A stretch of DNA of 62,000 nucleotides, taken from Octopus vulgaris (taxonomy: Eukaryota). The notes beneath the pieces are model-generated. The model made no database searches and was not told where the DNA came from. It worked only from the letters and a program-made list of their open reading frames with translations. Shown here one piece after another: positions 13,026 through 26,149 of the stretch; the stretch's first letter is position 1, and the number at the start of each line of letters is the position of its first letter. The stretch spans positions 169,218,001-169,280,000 of the forward strand of contig OX597814.1 of assembly GCA_951406725.2 (NCBI GenBank), written 5' to 3'. Position numbers and translations under genes: made by a program.

Positions 13026-14185
13026 GAGTGTGTGTGTGAGCCACAGTACTAATAATGTCTGGGGGTGGGGGAATGGCCAGGAGAGTCACTATCCTGTATT
13101 TTAAAAATATCGAATTATAGAAAACAAAATTCTACGTTATAAGTGAAAAGGATTAGATCGTGCGCGCACGTGTATATGTATGTTTTTTCTGTGTGCATAT
13201 GTATGTGTGTGGAGTTTGCCTGTGTGTATGTATATGTGTTTATTACAGTGAGTTATCTAATACACACGTATCAATGAAAAACAGCCTTCAACATTCCACG
13301 AGTTTTGTATTGTTAGTACTATATATAAATAATAAGACATAACGCATTCGTGTGCGTATTATTAATCCGCGCATGAATAGAAACACTCTTCAGCATTTAT
13401 TGAATTTCGTGTTATTATAATGATTACATTAACACAAATAATAGCACATGAATGAAATCAGTGAGTTGTGTTATTATTATGATTGTATTATTGGCTATAA
13501 TAATACAGTATTATTGTAGTCGGTACTATATTCGTAATAATAAAACAAGTCATTCTTGTGCATGTTAATACTACACACAAAAATAAAAAATTGCCTCCTA
13601 TAATCAGTGAGTCAACGCAAGTCATCACTATTAAAATGATAATAATCGCAAAGGGAATTGCCGTTCATCGTTTATCTAGATAATTCTTGTTTTGGAAATG
13701 TACCGTAATAAATCCGGATTTGGATGGGAAGAAAGAAAAGAAAAAAATTATGAAAGTATTTAGTGATCAGAGTTCATGTAAAGGACAACAGTGTAAAGTA
13801 CTATATGTATTGCTGAATTCAGGCTAAGTTATTCCATGCATATTTACTAGTGTTGATAAAATTAACCGTCATAGATTTTTACAATGACAGAAGGCATCTC
13901 TCAACCAGATGCCATTAACGAAGAGACAGTATATAAGCCAATTAAGCCAGTATATAAATAAGATAATAATATAAGCCAATTAAGTTTAGTCTGTTGCGAC
14001 AGATCATATGGCATTATCGGAATATTAGAAAGCGGGGTACATATTACCACTAAGGTTAATGGAGCTATAGAATAGGGAACACAAATGTTTCCAAAGGATC
14101 TTGTTTTGGGGCTTGTGTCTTTAATGCAACAAACTTGAAAATGGTGAAAAACTCTTGCTTAACTGGTTAGTATGGAGCAAATATA

Positions 14186-14623
14186 GGATCTTTTCAGTTT
14201 GAACGGCAGTTTTTTCTAGCGGTGTCATATGAAATTGTCACCCATAATTATGACCCTAGTATCGATCTATTGCATTTCAATCTGTTTTAGGGTTAGGATT
14301 AGTTAGGATTAATTAGGGTTAGGAGTGGGGGGAAGGGTATCTTTTTTCTTCAGAAAAGCAAATAAACCCAATCTGTTTCTTAAACGAGGGACATATTCAT
14401 ACGGCACAGAATGTTTTCACCTCAACAGACGTCATTGATTGGTTGAAATTGCAGAAATTGAAGAAAAAAACAACAACAAATATCTTACAAACTATAGAAT
14501 TTTCTCAATAAAGTCAAGAGAAAAAGATGTTTTATAAACACATTCTACCAGTATACAAAGTTTAAAAGTGTTTTAGTTACCTAGAAATTACGGTAAAAAC
14601 TGCCGTTCAAACCGAAAAGATCC
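14186..14623. mobile_element. MITE with ~28-bp terminal inverted repeats
   Basis: ggatcttttcagtttgaacggcagtttt ... aaaactgccgttcaaaccgaaaagatcc; internal ttagggttagg motifs. Confidence 0.8.
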
Positions 14624-15445
14624 GAACTCTTTAGTATGGAGCAAATGTAATTTTTTTTTTAAAAAAAGACTTTTTTTTTTTGTTTTCTAAGTTGTCTAAC
14701 GAAAATTTTTTCTTCATCAATTGTTTAGTTTCGATTTTGACAGATCTGAAGCTGTCTTGAAGCAGAGAGAGCATGTCTGTCATCAATAAGGTCACAAATA
14801 GTGACAAAAGGACAGACAAAACTATCTGATTAATTGACTAACTGACTGAACGAGTAATCAAACAATTGATTAGTTAATTGATTAAATGGTTAAATAATTC
14901 ACTAATAAATAATATTAAAAGAAGTGAAACAGAACCAGTCATTGTGTTTATTATTGGCATAATGACCCTCCCAAGATGCAAAAAAAAAAAATCACGTTGT
15001 TTCAGCTATTTTAGAAGTAAATAATAAAGTTGGGGAAGCTTAGTGAAAATCTATTAGAGCAAGAATAGTGCTCATTGCAAACTTTGTCAACTGGCAAAGC
15101 TTGAAATAATGATTATCACAAATTATCTGATGGTGGTGTATTGGTTCAAAGTATTTGAAACCAGACAATTCTTTTGGAAGAAATATTAACAACGTATATT
15201 GGATGTGACACTCATTTTTCAAGGTAGAAGTCACATTGATAACAAAAAAATATAATGGGAATTTCTCAGTAGTTTGGGAACAGGTGGCCATTATGATAAC
15301 ATACTGAATAATCATTTGGACATAGTTTAAGGCTTCTAAAATTGAAAAGGAACACATGCAAGCTTATTGCTTGATAGTCAAAATGAACCCATTAATTGTT
15401 TTGCTGATCAAGTTAAGAAAAGGCTATTGTAAATGAATGTGAATA

Positions 15446-15969
15446 CCGTAAATCTTCGAGTATAGTCCGCCCTTGAGTATAATACGCAGGGGATTTTTAG
15501 GGGGCTGTACTTCTGAAAAACCTAAAACCTTGTGTATAATACACACCCCTTCTCTAACTCGAGTCGTGCGTAATTAAGCCAGCAGCACCTAGTCGAACAA
15601 ACACTTCCGTGCATGCATAATACAATAATGGTGATGTTCTTAACTGTTATATGGGAATGTAAATATGTTTGCAAATTGTTTTTGTTGCATGTTATTCTGT
15701 GTTCTGAATACTTTTATTTTAATAACTGTTGCGTACTGCAAGTTATGGATGATTCTTTTATGACTTCATTGCTTTCAGGCTTAGCTTAAGGTATTTTCGC
15801 GCCCGACATCATAAAATACATCTGAATAAACATTGCCAGACAGCAAATAGAGATTTGGACATTGCTTAGAAAATATCTTTCATTTTTAACCTCGTGTATA
15901 GTACACACTAGGGATTTTGACCTTTAAATTTTTGGGGGAAAAATGCAGATTATACTCGAGGATTTACGG
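15446..15969. mobile_element. Tc1/mariner-superfamily (Tc2/pogo-like) MITE with TA target duplication
   Basis: ta|ccgtaaatcttcgagtata ... tatactcgaggatttacgg|ta. Confidence 0.85.
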
Positions 15970-17139
15970 TATACAAAATGTTACAGTATGGTTGTGAATG
16001 TAACTCTTGATTCAGCATATTGAGAACAAAATGTTTATCTAAACAAATTTACAAGCCAATATGGAGTAAAAGAAAAGCTTCTTGATTTTGTTAACTGTAA
16101 TCAAAAGGAAATCAATAATATAGTCGAACTGATACTTGATAGTGTTAAAAAAAAAAGAAGAAAACAAAATATCAATACAATACTTCATTCTCTACGTGTT
16201 ATGTTGAAGGTTTTGATAATGAGAGTAACATATCTGGACAGTATATAATGGATGTCAAGTAATTTCCAAACTGTTTCCGATCCATTGGTTGTATTTTCTC
16301 TTTGAACTTGTCACAGTCTCAATTTAGGCAGAGTTAGAGCTGCAAAATGTTGCATTGAATTTACTGCTGTTCAGAATCTCTACAATATATTTAGCAGTAT
16401 TCTTTCATAATGGCTCAATCTGAAAACATTACCTTAAAGTTTCACAGCATGGTTCCTGATACTCGATGGTTTACAATAAAGCAATTATGTTCTTGCTTTG
16501 TCTAAATCTAATTCTTGGAAACACTTTCAAACACAAGAAGTATTCAAACTTATTTAAATTCCTTTGAGTGCATTGTGAGGGGATCAATTTGGATAAAAAC
16601 TGTAACAGCAATTCACCATTGTAATGTTTCCTTGGAACCAGGAATGCTACAACTGATACGGAATTGAATTATTGGAAATCAAAATGAAACTGTTTTCTCA
16701 ATGAAGTTAAAGGAGGTTGCTGCAAACATTGGAAGCTCAAATGAATTTTCCAATAAAAGACAAAGGGAAAAAATTCTTAAAAACTTGACAGGTAAAATCG
16801 TCGAATATACTTATTCTACCACTGAAGACAGGTTTAAGGGAGATATATTTTATACTGTATTTGATTTGGTAATTTCAAATATTTCAAGATGTTTCAATGC
16901 TGTATCTTATTTCAATAAAGTGTTTGGATGCATTTTAGAAATATTCTGAAATAGAAACTGAAAAAAAAAAAAAAATTGAGCACCAAAGTTAATCAACTAT
17001 GTGATACAATATCGACTTAATATAAAAGATGAAATATTCCATTTAAAATAAATACATGAATCAAATATTTCTCCAAACTCAATTCCACCAATTGAATTAT
17101 TAAGCAAACTTAGTTGCATATTGAAGTAGCATTCTTCAA

Positions 17140-17495
17140 CTCTCAACTTGCTATATAACACAGTACTTCACAGGATTGCATTGGTCTGCTCGTTCTAAAA
17201 TGCATATCATGAGAAGTGTGCTGACTTTGTTTACATTCATTGCAAAGAAAGTAAGGAACCCTTTGATATAAGGGAGAAAAATTTAATTTTGTTTTTGGAT
17301 TTAGTTTGCAAGATTCTTTATATGAGTTCTGTTGTGTCTGAGGAGAGTTATTTTCTTTTTGTGCCTTATAATGTAACACACTCACCAGTAAAAATTCCAC
17401 TTATTTCTTATTTTACCAGTGACTGTGTTACATTATAAGGCACAAAAAGAAAATGACTCTCCACAGACACAACAGAAAAATTTAATCTTTTCCTC
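17140..17495. repeat. Asymmetric fold-back repeat (same family as 17745-17995)
   Basis: ctgttgtgtctg.ggagagt.attttctttttgtgccttataat and its reverse complement. Confidence 0.75.
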
Positions 17496-17744
17496 TATTG
17501 TTCATTTCTCTTCTGTAAGACGATCATTACAAGACTGAGCTTTTGACTGGAGTTTAAGTAGTTATAAAACTTTGAATAGTTTGTTTCCTATAGGTCATAA
17601 AAGATTTTTCAGTGGTTTAGCTTGTATTAAGAATGTTATGAGATCAGCAGTGTGTCAAGATAAATTATCTAGTCTGAGGATCTTTACTGTTAAATCAACT
17701 TTCACATGTGAATTATGATTGTCTTTACTTATCATAAATTATAA

Positions 17745-17995
17745 GTCTTTATTTCGTTTTGGATTTTGTTTGCAAGATTCTCTATGTGAGTTTGTGTGTT
17801 GAAGCATATTCTGTTGTATCTGGGGAGAGTCATTTTCTTTTTGTGCCTTATAATTTAAATGCAACTTTTCAATAGTCTTGACTTGCAAGATGCAACGAAA
17901 ATTTTAGGAAAATAAAATAAGTGGAATTTTACTGATGAGTGTGTTAAATTATAAGGCACAAAAAGAAAATAACTCTCCCCAGACACAACAGTATA
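17745..17995. repeat. Fold-back repeat (same family as 17140-17495)
   Basis: ctggggagagtcattttctttttgtgccttataatttaa ... ttaaattataaggcacaaaaagaaaataactctccccag. Confidence 0.75.
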
Positions 17996-18794
17996 AGTCA
18001 TTACGTATCATAAAACTAGAACAGTTCCTTTTGATTCATTTTTACATCCATCTTTCCATGCTAGCATGGGTTAGATGAATATATTATTGACAAATTGTTT
18101 TACAGTCACTGTCCCTTACCTGTTTTTCGAATTGGGGATCTTTCGTTCTACTGCATTATGTAGTCATGGATACATTGAGAAATCAACATGATGGCCATGG
18201 CTGAAAAACTTTTGATCAAAAGTCTGCATGATCTAGTCTGACCAATATGTTATAGAATTGGCCAACAGTGATTCAAAGTTCAGAATCTAACAACAATGCA
18301 TAACAGATTTAGTCTGAAGAACAGAAATGGCTAAAAGTGATTCAGAATTCAGAATCTAACCAAATTTGGGACTTTAAAAATTTCTAATCCCTCAGAAAGA
18401 AAACAACAGCTGTTCAAATAAGTATTTACAACTATACTCTACCTTTTCAATGGTTAATAACTATGCTCCTTTAGGTTGTAAAGTCTAAATACTGTGACAT
18501 CATTAGGTCAGTACATAGCTTCAAACACAACAACACATGAACCAGGGTCGGAGCTTCTATATTCTTATCCATTGTAGTTCAAATCTCCCTCAAGCCACAC
18601 GTTTCAAAATTATTAATATTAATATTATTTGTGCCTTGCAACCATATGGCTCTGGTTTCAATCCCAGTTTGGGACACTTTTAGTGTTGTCTCAGGTTGAC
18701 CAATATCTTTTCGATAAAATTTACTAAGAAGCCTATTGCGTGCATGCATGTGTGTGTGTGTATGTGCGTGAGTGTGTGCATGTCTGTTTGCATT

Positions 18795-19030
18795 TATTTC
18801 TTATTTCTTTACTGCCCACAAGGGGCTACACACAGAGGAAACAAACAAGGACAAACAAACGGATTAAGTCGATTATATTGACCCCAATGCGTAACTGGTA
18901 CTTATTTAATCGACCCCGAAAGGATGAAAGGCAAAGTCAACCTCGGCGAAATTTGAACTCAGAACGTAGCGGCAGATGAAATACCGCTAAGCATTTCGCC
19001 CAGCGTGCTAATGTTTCTGCCAGCTTCCAT
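18795..19030 (-). mobile_element. SINE S3, near full length
   Basis: S3 head, body and tail. Confidence 0.85.
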
Positions 19031-19659
19031 TTATGAATACATAAGACTGATGTCTGTTTTGTATTTAGGCCATTGCCACAATTGATAATTCTGAAAATAC
19101 GAAGAGGAAAAATTACAATAATGCAACAGTATAAACGTAAAACTAGAACACAATACAGAATCAAACACAAAATTCTCTATGCTCATCCCTGCCACTAGTA
19201 GTATTTCTGATAAAGTGAATTTAAATAAAAGCAATGACTTGAAAATTATTATCACCATCATCATCATTGCTTTAATGTCTCCCTTTCCACGATTGCATGG
19301 ATTAGATGAAGATTATTGGGGCAGATTTTTCTATGATTGGATACCCTTCCTGTCACAAACCCTCACCTATTTCCAAGCAAACTAATGTTTCCTTGTGGCC
19401 AGACCTGTTTTCACAAAATATTAGAAATGAATGGATATTGCTTGTATGACAGTGATGCTCATTTACAATGATTATGTGATGTCAAGACAAGGAGATACAC
19501 ATTCAGACACAATCTTGGGGTTAATTTGTTCGACTGAAACCCTTCAAGGCAGTGCTCCAGTATGGCCATAGTCAAATGACTGGAACAAGTAAAGAATAAA
19601 GGAATGCATGCAAATAATGATAAAGATATATTTATATATGGTGATGAAATGAGGATATA

Positions 19660-20000
19660 TCATCATCATCATCATTTAACGTCGGTCTTCCATGCTAGCA
19701 TGGGTGGGATGGTACCACAAGAGCCAGCCAAGCCAAAGCCTGCACCTGCCTTCTGTGTCTGTTTTGGCAGGATTTTTACAGTTGGATGCCCTGCCTAACA
19801 CTGACCACTCAGCAGAGTGGACTTGGTGCATATTATGTGGCACAAGCACAGGTGAGGTGAGTAGTGCTTTTTATGTGGTACAAGCACAGGTAAGATCTAT
19901 TTTGGCAAGGTTTTTACAGCTGGATGCCCTTCTGAAAACCAACCACTTTACAGTATGGATTGGCTGCTTTTAAGTGGCACCTGCACTGACAGACTCACCA
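19660..20000 (-). mobile_element. SINE-like S2
   Basis: catcatcat...ttccatgctagcatggg...ggatgccct motifs. Confidence 0.7.
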
Positions 20001-20739
20001 AGTATTTGCAAGACATTAAAAATTTTAAAAAATTCTAAGAGGGGAGGAGGCATTGCAGGTGGTGATGATGAAAAGGTTATAGTGAGACTGATATAGGTGT
20101 CTTGCTGTAGAGTAAGTACACGGTTACCCAGCCAGAGAGGGGGGGAGGGAGAGAGAGAGAGAGAGAGAGATCTGGAATGAAGACAGAAACAGGTGTGCTA
20201 CCGCAAAGAAACTATAGAGTTGCCCAACCAGAGGGTGGTGCAGGAGGAGAGAGAGTGGGAGATAGCAGGATAGAGATGGTGGCAAAATGCTGGACATACA
20301 AGGAATGGTGATTAGAATATAAATGGCCAGCGGTCACGTGAGAAGGAAGAGAAGAGAGAGAAAAAGAGGAGCAAAGGAATTAAGGAGGGGGAGAAGAGAG
20401 AGGAAAAGAGAAACAAAGGAATTAAGGGGGAGAGAAGAGAGAGAAAAAGAGGAACAAGGAATTAAGGAGGGGGAGAAAAGGAGGATTGGCAAGAAAAAAG
20501 AAAGACAGGGACAGTGAAGTGCAGAGTAAGAAAGGCAAAGGAATGTGAGAGAGTGGGGGAGAGAGTGTGTTGAAGCCACAAAGTTTAGTGAAATGTGTAC
20601 TTATATAAAAGAACAAAATGTACATACGCTGCTATATATATATGAAATATAAAATGGGGCAGAGAGAGAGAGAGAGAAAACAAGCCTCTTTCAGTTTCTT
20701 TCTATCAAATCCACTTGTGTGAATAGCCTGGGGCTATAT

Positions 20740-20930
20740 TATGAGTGGATGCTGAAAAGTTCCTGGCTTTAGGGGTATTGCAAAAGGCCTATTTGGTGGT
20801 CCAACTTTCAAGGACCCCTGCAATAATTGTGTGAATCTGAGAGGGAAATATGTTGAATAAAATCATAATTAACTGATTCTCCTGTATTTTCTTATACCGA
20901 AAGCTAGGAACTTTTCAGCACTCCCTTGTG
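20740..20930. mobile_element. mariner-derived MITE
   Basis: TIR core gctgaaaagttcctggcttt / aaagctaggaacttttcagc; internal CVNLRGKYVE* mariner C-terminus. Confidence 0.7.
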
Positions 20931-21389
20931 GAAGACACCCAAGATTTATACTTAGAAAGAATCCTATCAGGTAGGGTTTTTTTTTATCATAATAGTAGAA
21001 AGTTGCTTCTAGTAATGTTTGTACTGGTTCATTTTGAGGAAGAGTACACTTGGCTTAGAGTGCTCACTGTTGAACAGCAGATAGTTCTCGACTGTCTTCA
21101 TGAATTTGCTGATTTTGATATTAGTCAGCACTTGTTCTATTAATTATGACAGAATTCTCTAAGGTGTTTGAGTCACAACAAGAATGGAATTTAAGAACAT
21201 TGCTGAATTGTTAAAGTAAAGTTTTATTCTGACTTTGTATATTTGATTTCAACAGGCAGTAGTCTAGACCAGTCTTTATATACTTAAGATTAGAGCCTAA
21301 AGAGAATTGCATTGTTTAGTAAAATTGAGAGAGGATGTAAAACTCTGCTGTCTCTCTTTAATTTCTCCCCTCACCATGACCTGTTGCTG

Positions 21390-22025
21390 TAACATTAAAA
21401 CATGAATCGACCTTGCTTGCCAAGCCTTCAACTGACTCAATGCACAACTCTGGTCAAGATCTGAGATCCAACGCACCACCAAAGTACGGATCTACTAAGC
21501 AAGAGTGCGAATGATTCTCCTTTACGGCAGCAAGTCATGGCCAATGAGGGTGGAAGATATTAAGCGACTAGAATCCTTCAATCACCTCTGTCTATGCTGC
21601 ATCCTTCAGGTCCGATGGCATCACTTTGTCTCCAACAATTCAGTGCGACACCAGTGCAAAATCACTGCCCTCTAACACGTCATCCTAATGAGACGTCTGC
21701 ATTGGCTGGGTCATGCCCTCTGTTGTCAACCAGGAGAGTTCCTCTATGAAGCAATTGCCCCAGCTCCCCTTCAAGGTTGGCGAAACCGATGTGGTGGACA
21801 ACGAAAAACCTGACTGATGACAGTCAAGGCTGATCTGGAACCCAACCTAGGCCCCCATATCTACAGCATTCACCGCTGGAATAAGGAGTGGCTGGAGATC
21901 ACGCGGTTGTTAGTCTCAAATCGCCAGGTCTGGTTGGTGTTTGTGAGAGATGCAGCATTGAGGATGAATGAAGCCAGCTCAACCCATCCTGGGTGAATGC
22001 TGTCTCAAGACAAGAAAAGAAGAAT
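21390..22025 (+). mobile_element. RTE-clade LINE 3' end (pseudogenised)
   Basis: TKVRIY*ARVRMILLYGSKSWP...RLESFNHLCL..IL.VRW...RRLHWLGHAL; ends in a caagacaagaaaagaa tail. Confidence 0.85.
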
Positions 22026-22184
22026 TTCTCCCCTCTCAATTTTTTCCTGTGGATTTTTCCTTTTCTCATGGCAAGTTTTTTGCAGTATTTTCTTCTGGTA
22101 CATAGGAATATGAACGTGCCATCACAACAACTACCATGTTCTGTGTGGGGGTCAAGGTGTGTGGCGGCTTCATGTCAAGTGAAG

Positions 22185-22455
22185 GCATATGGCCTAGTGG
22201 TTAGGTTGTTGCACTCACAATCACTAGATCGTGAGTTCAATTCCCAGACCAGACAACACATTGTGTTCTTGAGCAAAACATTTCATTTCATGTTGCTCTA
22301 GTCCTCCTTTCAATCAGGGGGAATGTCACCTTTTTTGCTTGTTCACCTTGCCAGTGAGGTGGCATCATTTGAAAACTAAAACCCATGAAAATGTGCATTG
22401 TGACCAGGAATGTGTAACATCTGATAGCCTGGTCAGTCATATGATCATGTGACAT
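22185..22455 (+). mobile_element. SINE with S4 head and tail X
   Basis: tRNA-like head tggcctagtggttagg...gagttcaattcc; CORE-like gtgttcttgagcaaaaca; tail gcattgtgaccag...ctgatagcctggtc shared with 51486-51810. Confidence 0.7.
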
Positions 22456-22904
22456 AGAAATATACTTTTCTAATAATTTCCAGTTATTTAATTAATTCTT
22501 TCAGAGCTGGCATGATAGTTAGTGTTGGACAAAACGCATAGCAGAATTTCTTTCGGCTCCTTACGTTCCAAGCTCATCATTTTGGTGTTGACAAAATAAT
22601 TACCATTTGAGCATGTAATCAGCTTGCCCACTACCCTCAAAATTGCTGGTCTTGTGCCAAAATATGAATTATATTAATCAAATCAATTTATCCTAGGATC
22701 TATCTATTGATTTTGTTATCTGTTATCTCTAATAAATAGGGGTTGTTTAATATCTACCAAAAGTTGTTAAGCTATTTTTCAAGTGCCACTTGCAGAGAGC
22801 TTCTTCCTTTGAAGAAAGTATTTCTTGCTATATTTTATGAGATGTGTGTTTGCCAAGCTATATAGACCTGAAATCCTTTATTATGTCCATATATGCTCTC
22901 CACT

Positions 22905-23175
22905 AGTAACATTTTGGTGGCATGTAAAAAGCACCAACCGATTGTGGCCATTGCCAGCCTTGCCTGGCACCTGTGCCGGTGGCGTGCAAAAAGCACCCAT
23001 TACACTCACGGAGTGGTTGGCATTAGGAAGGGCATCCAGCTGTAGAAACACTGCCAGATTAGACTGGGCCTGGCGCAGCCTCCTGGCTTCCCAGACCCCG
23101 GTCAAACCGTCTAACCCATGCTAGCATGGAAAGCAGACGTTAAACGATGATGATGATGATGATGATAATGATGAT
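22905..23175 (+). mobile_element. SINE-like S2
   Basis: S2 motifs and (GAT)n tail. Confidence 0.8.
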
Positions 23176-23454
23176 GTATTGCAATATTAAAGCGTATTTA
23201 TTTGGAAGGCATATGTATCTGATTCACAACTTGGTCTGTTGTTATCTGTGATAAAATATTTTAATTTCTCCACCTTACTTCAGCCTGGTAGTTGCTGTGT
23301 GGAAAAGAAAGTGAGAAAAAGTGTAGATGAACAGCCTAAAATTTAAAGAAATCTGTTGTTGATGAGATTGAACTCAGCTTCATTATCAGATAATATTTCA
23401 TTACATATTCCATTTATGACAAAGGTTCAATATAAATTTTTAATTAGGCTTTTG

Positions 23455-23714
23455 GCACCATCTTTTATCTTGTTTCAGTCAATAGACTGTGGCCATGCTG
23501 GGGCACTGTCTCGAAGAATTTTAGTTAAAGGAATTGACCCCAATAATTATTTTTTAAAAGCTGGTACTTATTCTATCAGTAACTTTTGCTGAACTACTAT
23601 GTTACATAGCTGTAAAGACACCAACACTGGTTGTCTAGTATTGGGCTGAGCAAGAGGGGGTTGGGGCAAATGCAGACACACACACACTCACAAACACAGA
23701 CAGACAGACAGACA

Positions 23715-23758
<44 letters not shown>

Positions 23759-24215
23759 ATGGGCTTCTTTCATATTCCATCTACCAGATCCACTCACAAG
23801 ACTTTGGTTGGTTCAAGGCTATAGTGTAAGGCACTTACCCAAGTTGTCACACAGTGGGATTGTGGAGGCACATGGCCTAGTGGTTAGAGCAGCAGACTTG
23901 TGGTTGAGGGATCACGGGATCGAATCTCAGACCGGGCGATGTGTGTGTTTATGAGCGAAACACCTAAGCTCCACGCAGCTCTGGCAGAAGGTAATGGCGA
24001 ACTTCTGCTGGCTCTTTTCTCTCACTCTTTCCTCCTGTATCTTGCAGCTCATCTGTGACGGACCGGTGTCCCATCCAGGTGGGGAACCTATACACTGAGG
24101 AAACCAGGAAACCGGCCCTTATGAGCCAGGGATGGCTTGAGAAGGAACAACAACACAGTGGGAGCGAACCCAGTGGCATGTAGATTGGAAGCGATCTTCT
24201 GACCACACAGCCACA
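23455..24215 (-). mobile_element. SINE S1 interrupted by a V-like SINE
   Basis: S1 tail to head, split at 23860-24152. Confidence 0.75.
23860..24152 (+). mobile_element. tRNA-headed SINE with V-domain-like segment, 11-bp TSD
   Basis: Head tggcctagtggttagagc...gggatcgaatctcagacc; ctgtgacggaccggtgtcccatccagg resembles the V domain; TSD acacagtggga at 23849-23859 and 24153-24163. Confidence 0.8.
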
Positions 24216-24689
24216 CTTGATTTTTTTTTTCTATGACTGTCAATGAAGACTAGGCATAATGAAACTATTCCTAGACATGTCTTTATTTTGTGAGACTAAT
24301 TTGCTTGAACAGATGCAGGCATGGTTGTGTGATTAAGACGCTTGCTTTGCCACCATGTGCAAAGAAGCAATATTTACCCAAAACAGTGGAACTGAATTCA
24401 AAACTACACGGTTGCAAAGTGAGATTCTTAATCACACAGCAATGCCTGACTTATTTAAAAAGACGTATCTTAACTCATATCTTAACTAACTAGAATTTGT
24501 ATAGCAGCTGTTGTAAAAAGAGATTTGTCTGCCAATTTTACAACAACAAGATTGTTTCAAAATAATAATAATGATGATGGACTCACCTGTCAAAGACAAC
24601 ATATGAGTGATCACCTTTTGTTTTGCCAAATGACCTGCACAAATGATTTGTTTATAGTGATCAAATGTATGTGCCATATATTAGCTTAC

Positions 24690-24870
24690 TCTCTCCATTG
24701 GCTGAACAGGTGCAAGGTGTACCTTGTGTCAGGTGTCAAAGTGATTGCAGAGCAATATGAGATGAAATGTTTTGCTCAAAAACACAACACACTACCCAGT
24801 ATAGGAACTGAAACTATAATCTCATGATTGCGAGTGCAACACCCTAACCACGAGACCATGCATACTCACT
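24690..24870 (-). mobile_element. SINE S4 head fragment
   Basis: Homologous to 22185-22300 and 40590-40712. Confidence 0.6.
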
Positions 24871-24874
24871 CATA

Positions 24875-24900
24875 ATGATAATAATAATATTAATAATAAT

Positions 24901-24957
<57 letters not shown>
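24875..24957. repeat. (TAA)n microsatellite
   Basis: Direct reading. Confidence 0.95.
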
Positions 24958-24958
<1 letters not shown>

Positions 24959-25361
24959 TGGAATAACAACAGAAAAAAGATGGTATAGGCACACACCAGA
25001 AAAGGTTACAGAAAATGAGAAAGCAACCATACTGTGGGATATGCCAATACACACAGATAGAGAAATTAAGGCCAACAGGCCAGATATAGTTGTCAGAGAT
25101 CATGAAGAAAAAAATGCTTTCTAATTGATGTATCAATACGAGCAGATGACAATGTGTCTCTAAAAGAAATGGAGAAACTTTCAAAATACAAAGACCTGGA
25201 AATAGAGATAACTTGAATGTGGAATCTAAAAACAGAAACAATTCCTATCAAAGTAGGCATATTAGGTATGATAAAAAATATTCAGACAAATACATAACAA
25301 AAACACCAGGACTCATAAACACATATAACATACAGAAAATTGCACTACTGGGCACTGCACT
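24958..25361 (+). mobile_element. R4/Dong-type non-LTR retrotransposon, restriction-like endonuclease remnant
   Basis: WYRHTPEKVTENEKATILWDMPIHTDREIKANRPDIVV...FLIDVSI...EKLSKYKDL...IQKIALLGTA (RPD...D...KY motif); one frameshift, one stop. Confidence 0.85.
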
Positions 25362-25505
25362 TAGCGGTTCGGCAAAAGAGACTGATAGAATAAGTACTAG
25401 GCTTACAAAAAATAAGTCCTGGGGTCGATTTGCTCAACTAAAGGTGGTGCTCCAGCATGGCCACAGTCACATGACTGAAACAAGTAAAAGAGTATAAGAG
25501 TAAAA
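25361..25505 (+). mobile_element. SINE S1 tail fused to the R4-type fragment
   Basis: cttagcggttcggcaaaagag...gactgaaacaagtaaaagag. Confidence 0.8.
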
Positions 25506-26149
25506 GAGGTGTTTTATAATCCATCATTTTAATAAATGGCTGAGTCTGATTTAAGCAGTCTTTGGAATGGTTGAATATTACAGACCACATTAAATGCATA
25601 TGAAACGTAGCGAACATGTTCAAATTATGAGCATATGTCAGTAACAGTTATGGTAATTCTACTTGTAATTGCTAAATGACGGACATTATTTGGTGCTGCT
25701 TCAAAACCCATAAACTTCCTGACTTCAGGAAATATAAACTTTGCAGGATCAAGTGTTATGCAGTGTTTGCTGTTTAGATGAAGCCATTTGGAGACTCAGA
25801 AAATGTATTTTTCTCCAACTTGGTCAATGAATCCACATGAAAACTTCTGTCACACTACACTACAAGGAAACCTCTATAAAATATCTAGGCCTGCTAGGAA
25901 TAGCCCCTGACTCTCTTACAAATTGCACTTTGTTGTCTTAAGAAAAATAAAAGAAAACATTTCTTTAAAAATGTAGTTCAAAGAAAGCATTGAACTACAG
26001 TGTCCTGGATATACAAAAAAGACAGGCTGCTCACAGTTAAGATATCTTTGATCATAGATCTGTTTGACCAAGCTTGATTTAGAATTGAATAACAATTTAG
26101 TCTGTGGAGAATTAAGCAGCATACTGCTTACAAAATAAGAATATGGTTG

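Larger units (their letters stand above)
15050..17720 (+). mobile_element. hAT-superfamily transposase fossil with nested insertions
   Basis: RILDV..NGNF..GHYDNIL (about 15190-15320); CYVEGFDNESNISGQY-NGCQ (16197); DTRW; ORF 16701-16949; HKRFFSGLACIKNVMRSAVCQDKLSSL at 17596 (hAT C-terminal dimerisation motif). Confidence 0.8.

Noticed and set aside
11110-13089. Long Ser/Leu/Pro-, Arg/Glu- and LSIY-rich ORFs
   Set aside because: Translations of polypyrimidine and (GATA)n repeats.
14290-14330. Interstitial telomere
   Set aside because: Only two short ttagggttagg motifs inside a MITE.
17932-17990. CTGATGAG as a hammerhead core
   Set aside because: No stem II-closing GAAA or stem III/NUH; the sister copy reads (c)tggtgag.
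20928-21143. 71-aa ORF and opposite-strand open frames
   Set aside because: No recognisable motif or consistent splice frame.
23860-23940. tRNA genes (also at 30630, 31691, 40640, 46974)
   Set aside because: A and B boxes are present, but there is no complete cloverleaf and each continues into a SINE body or tail.
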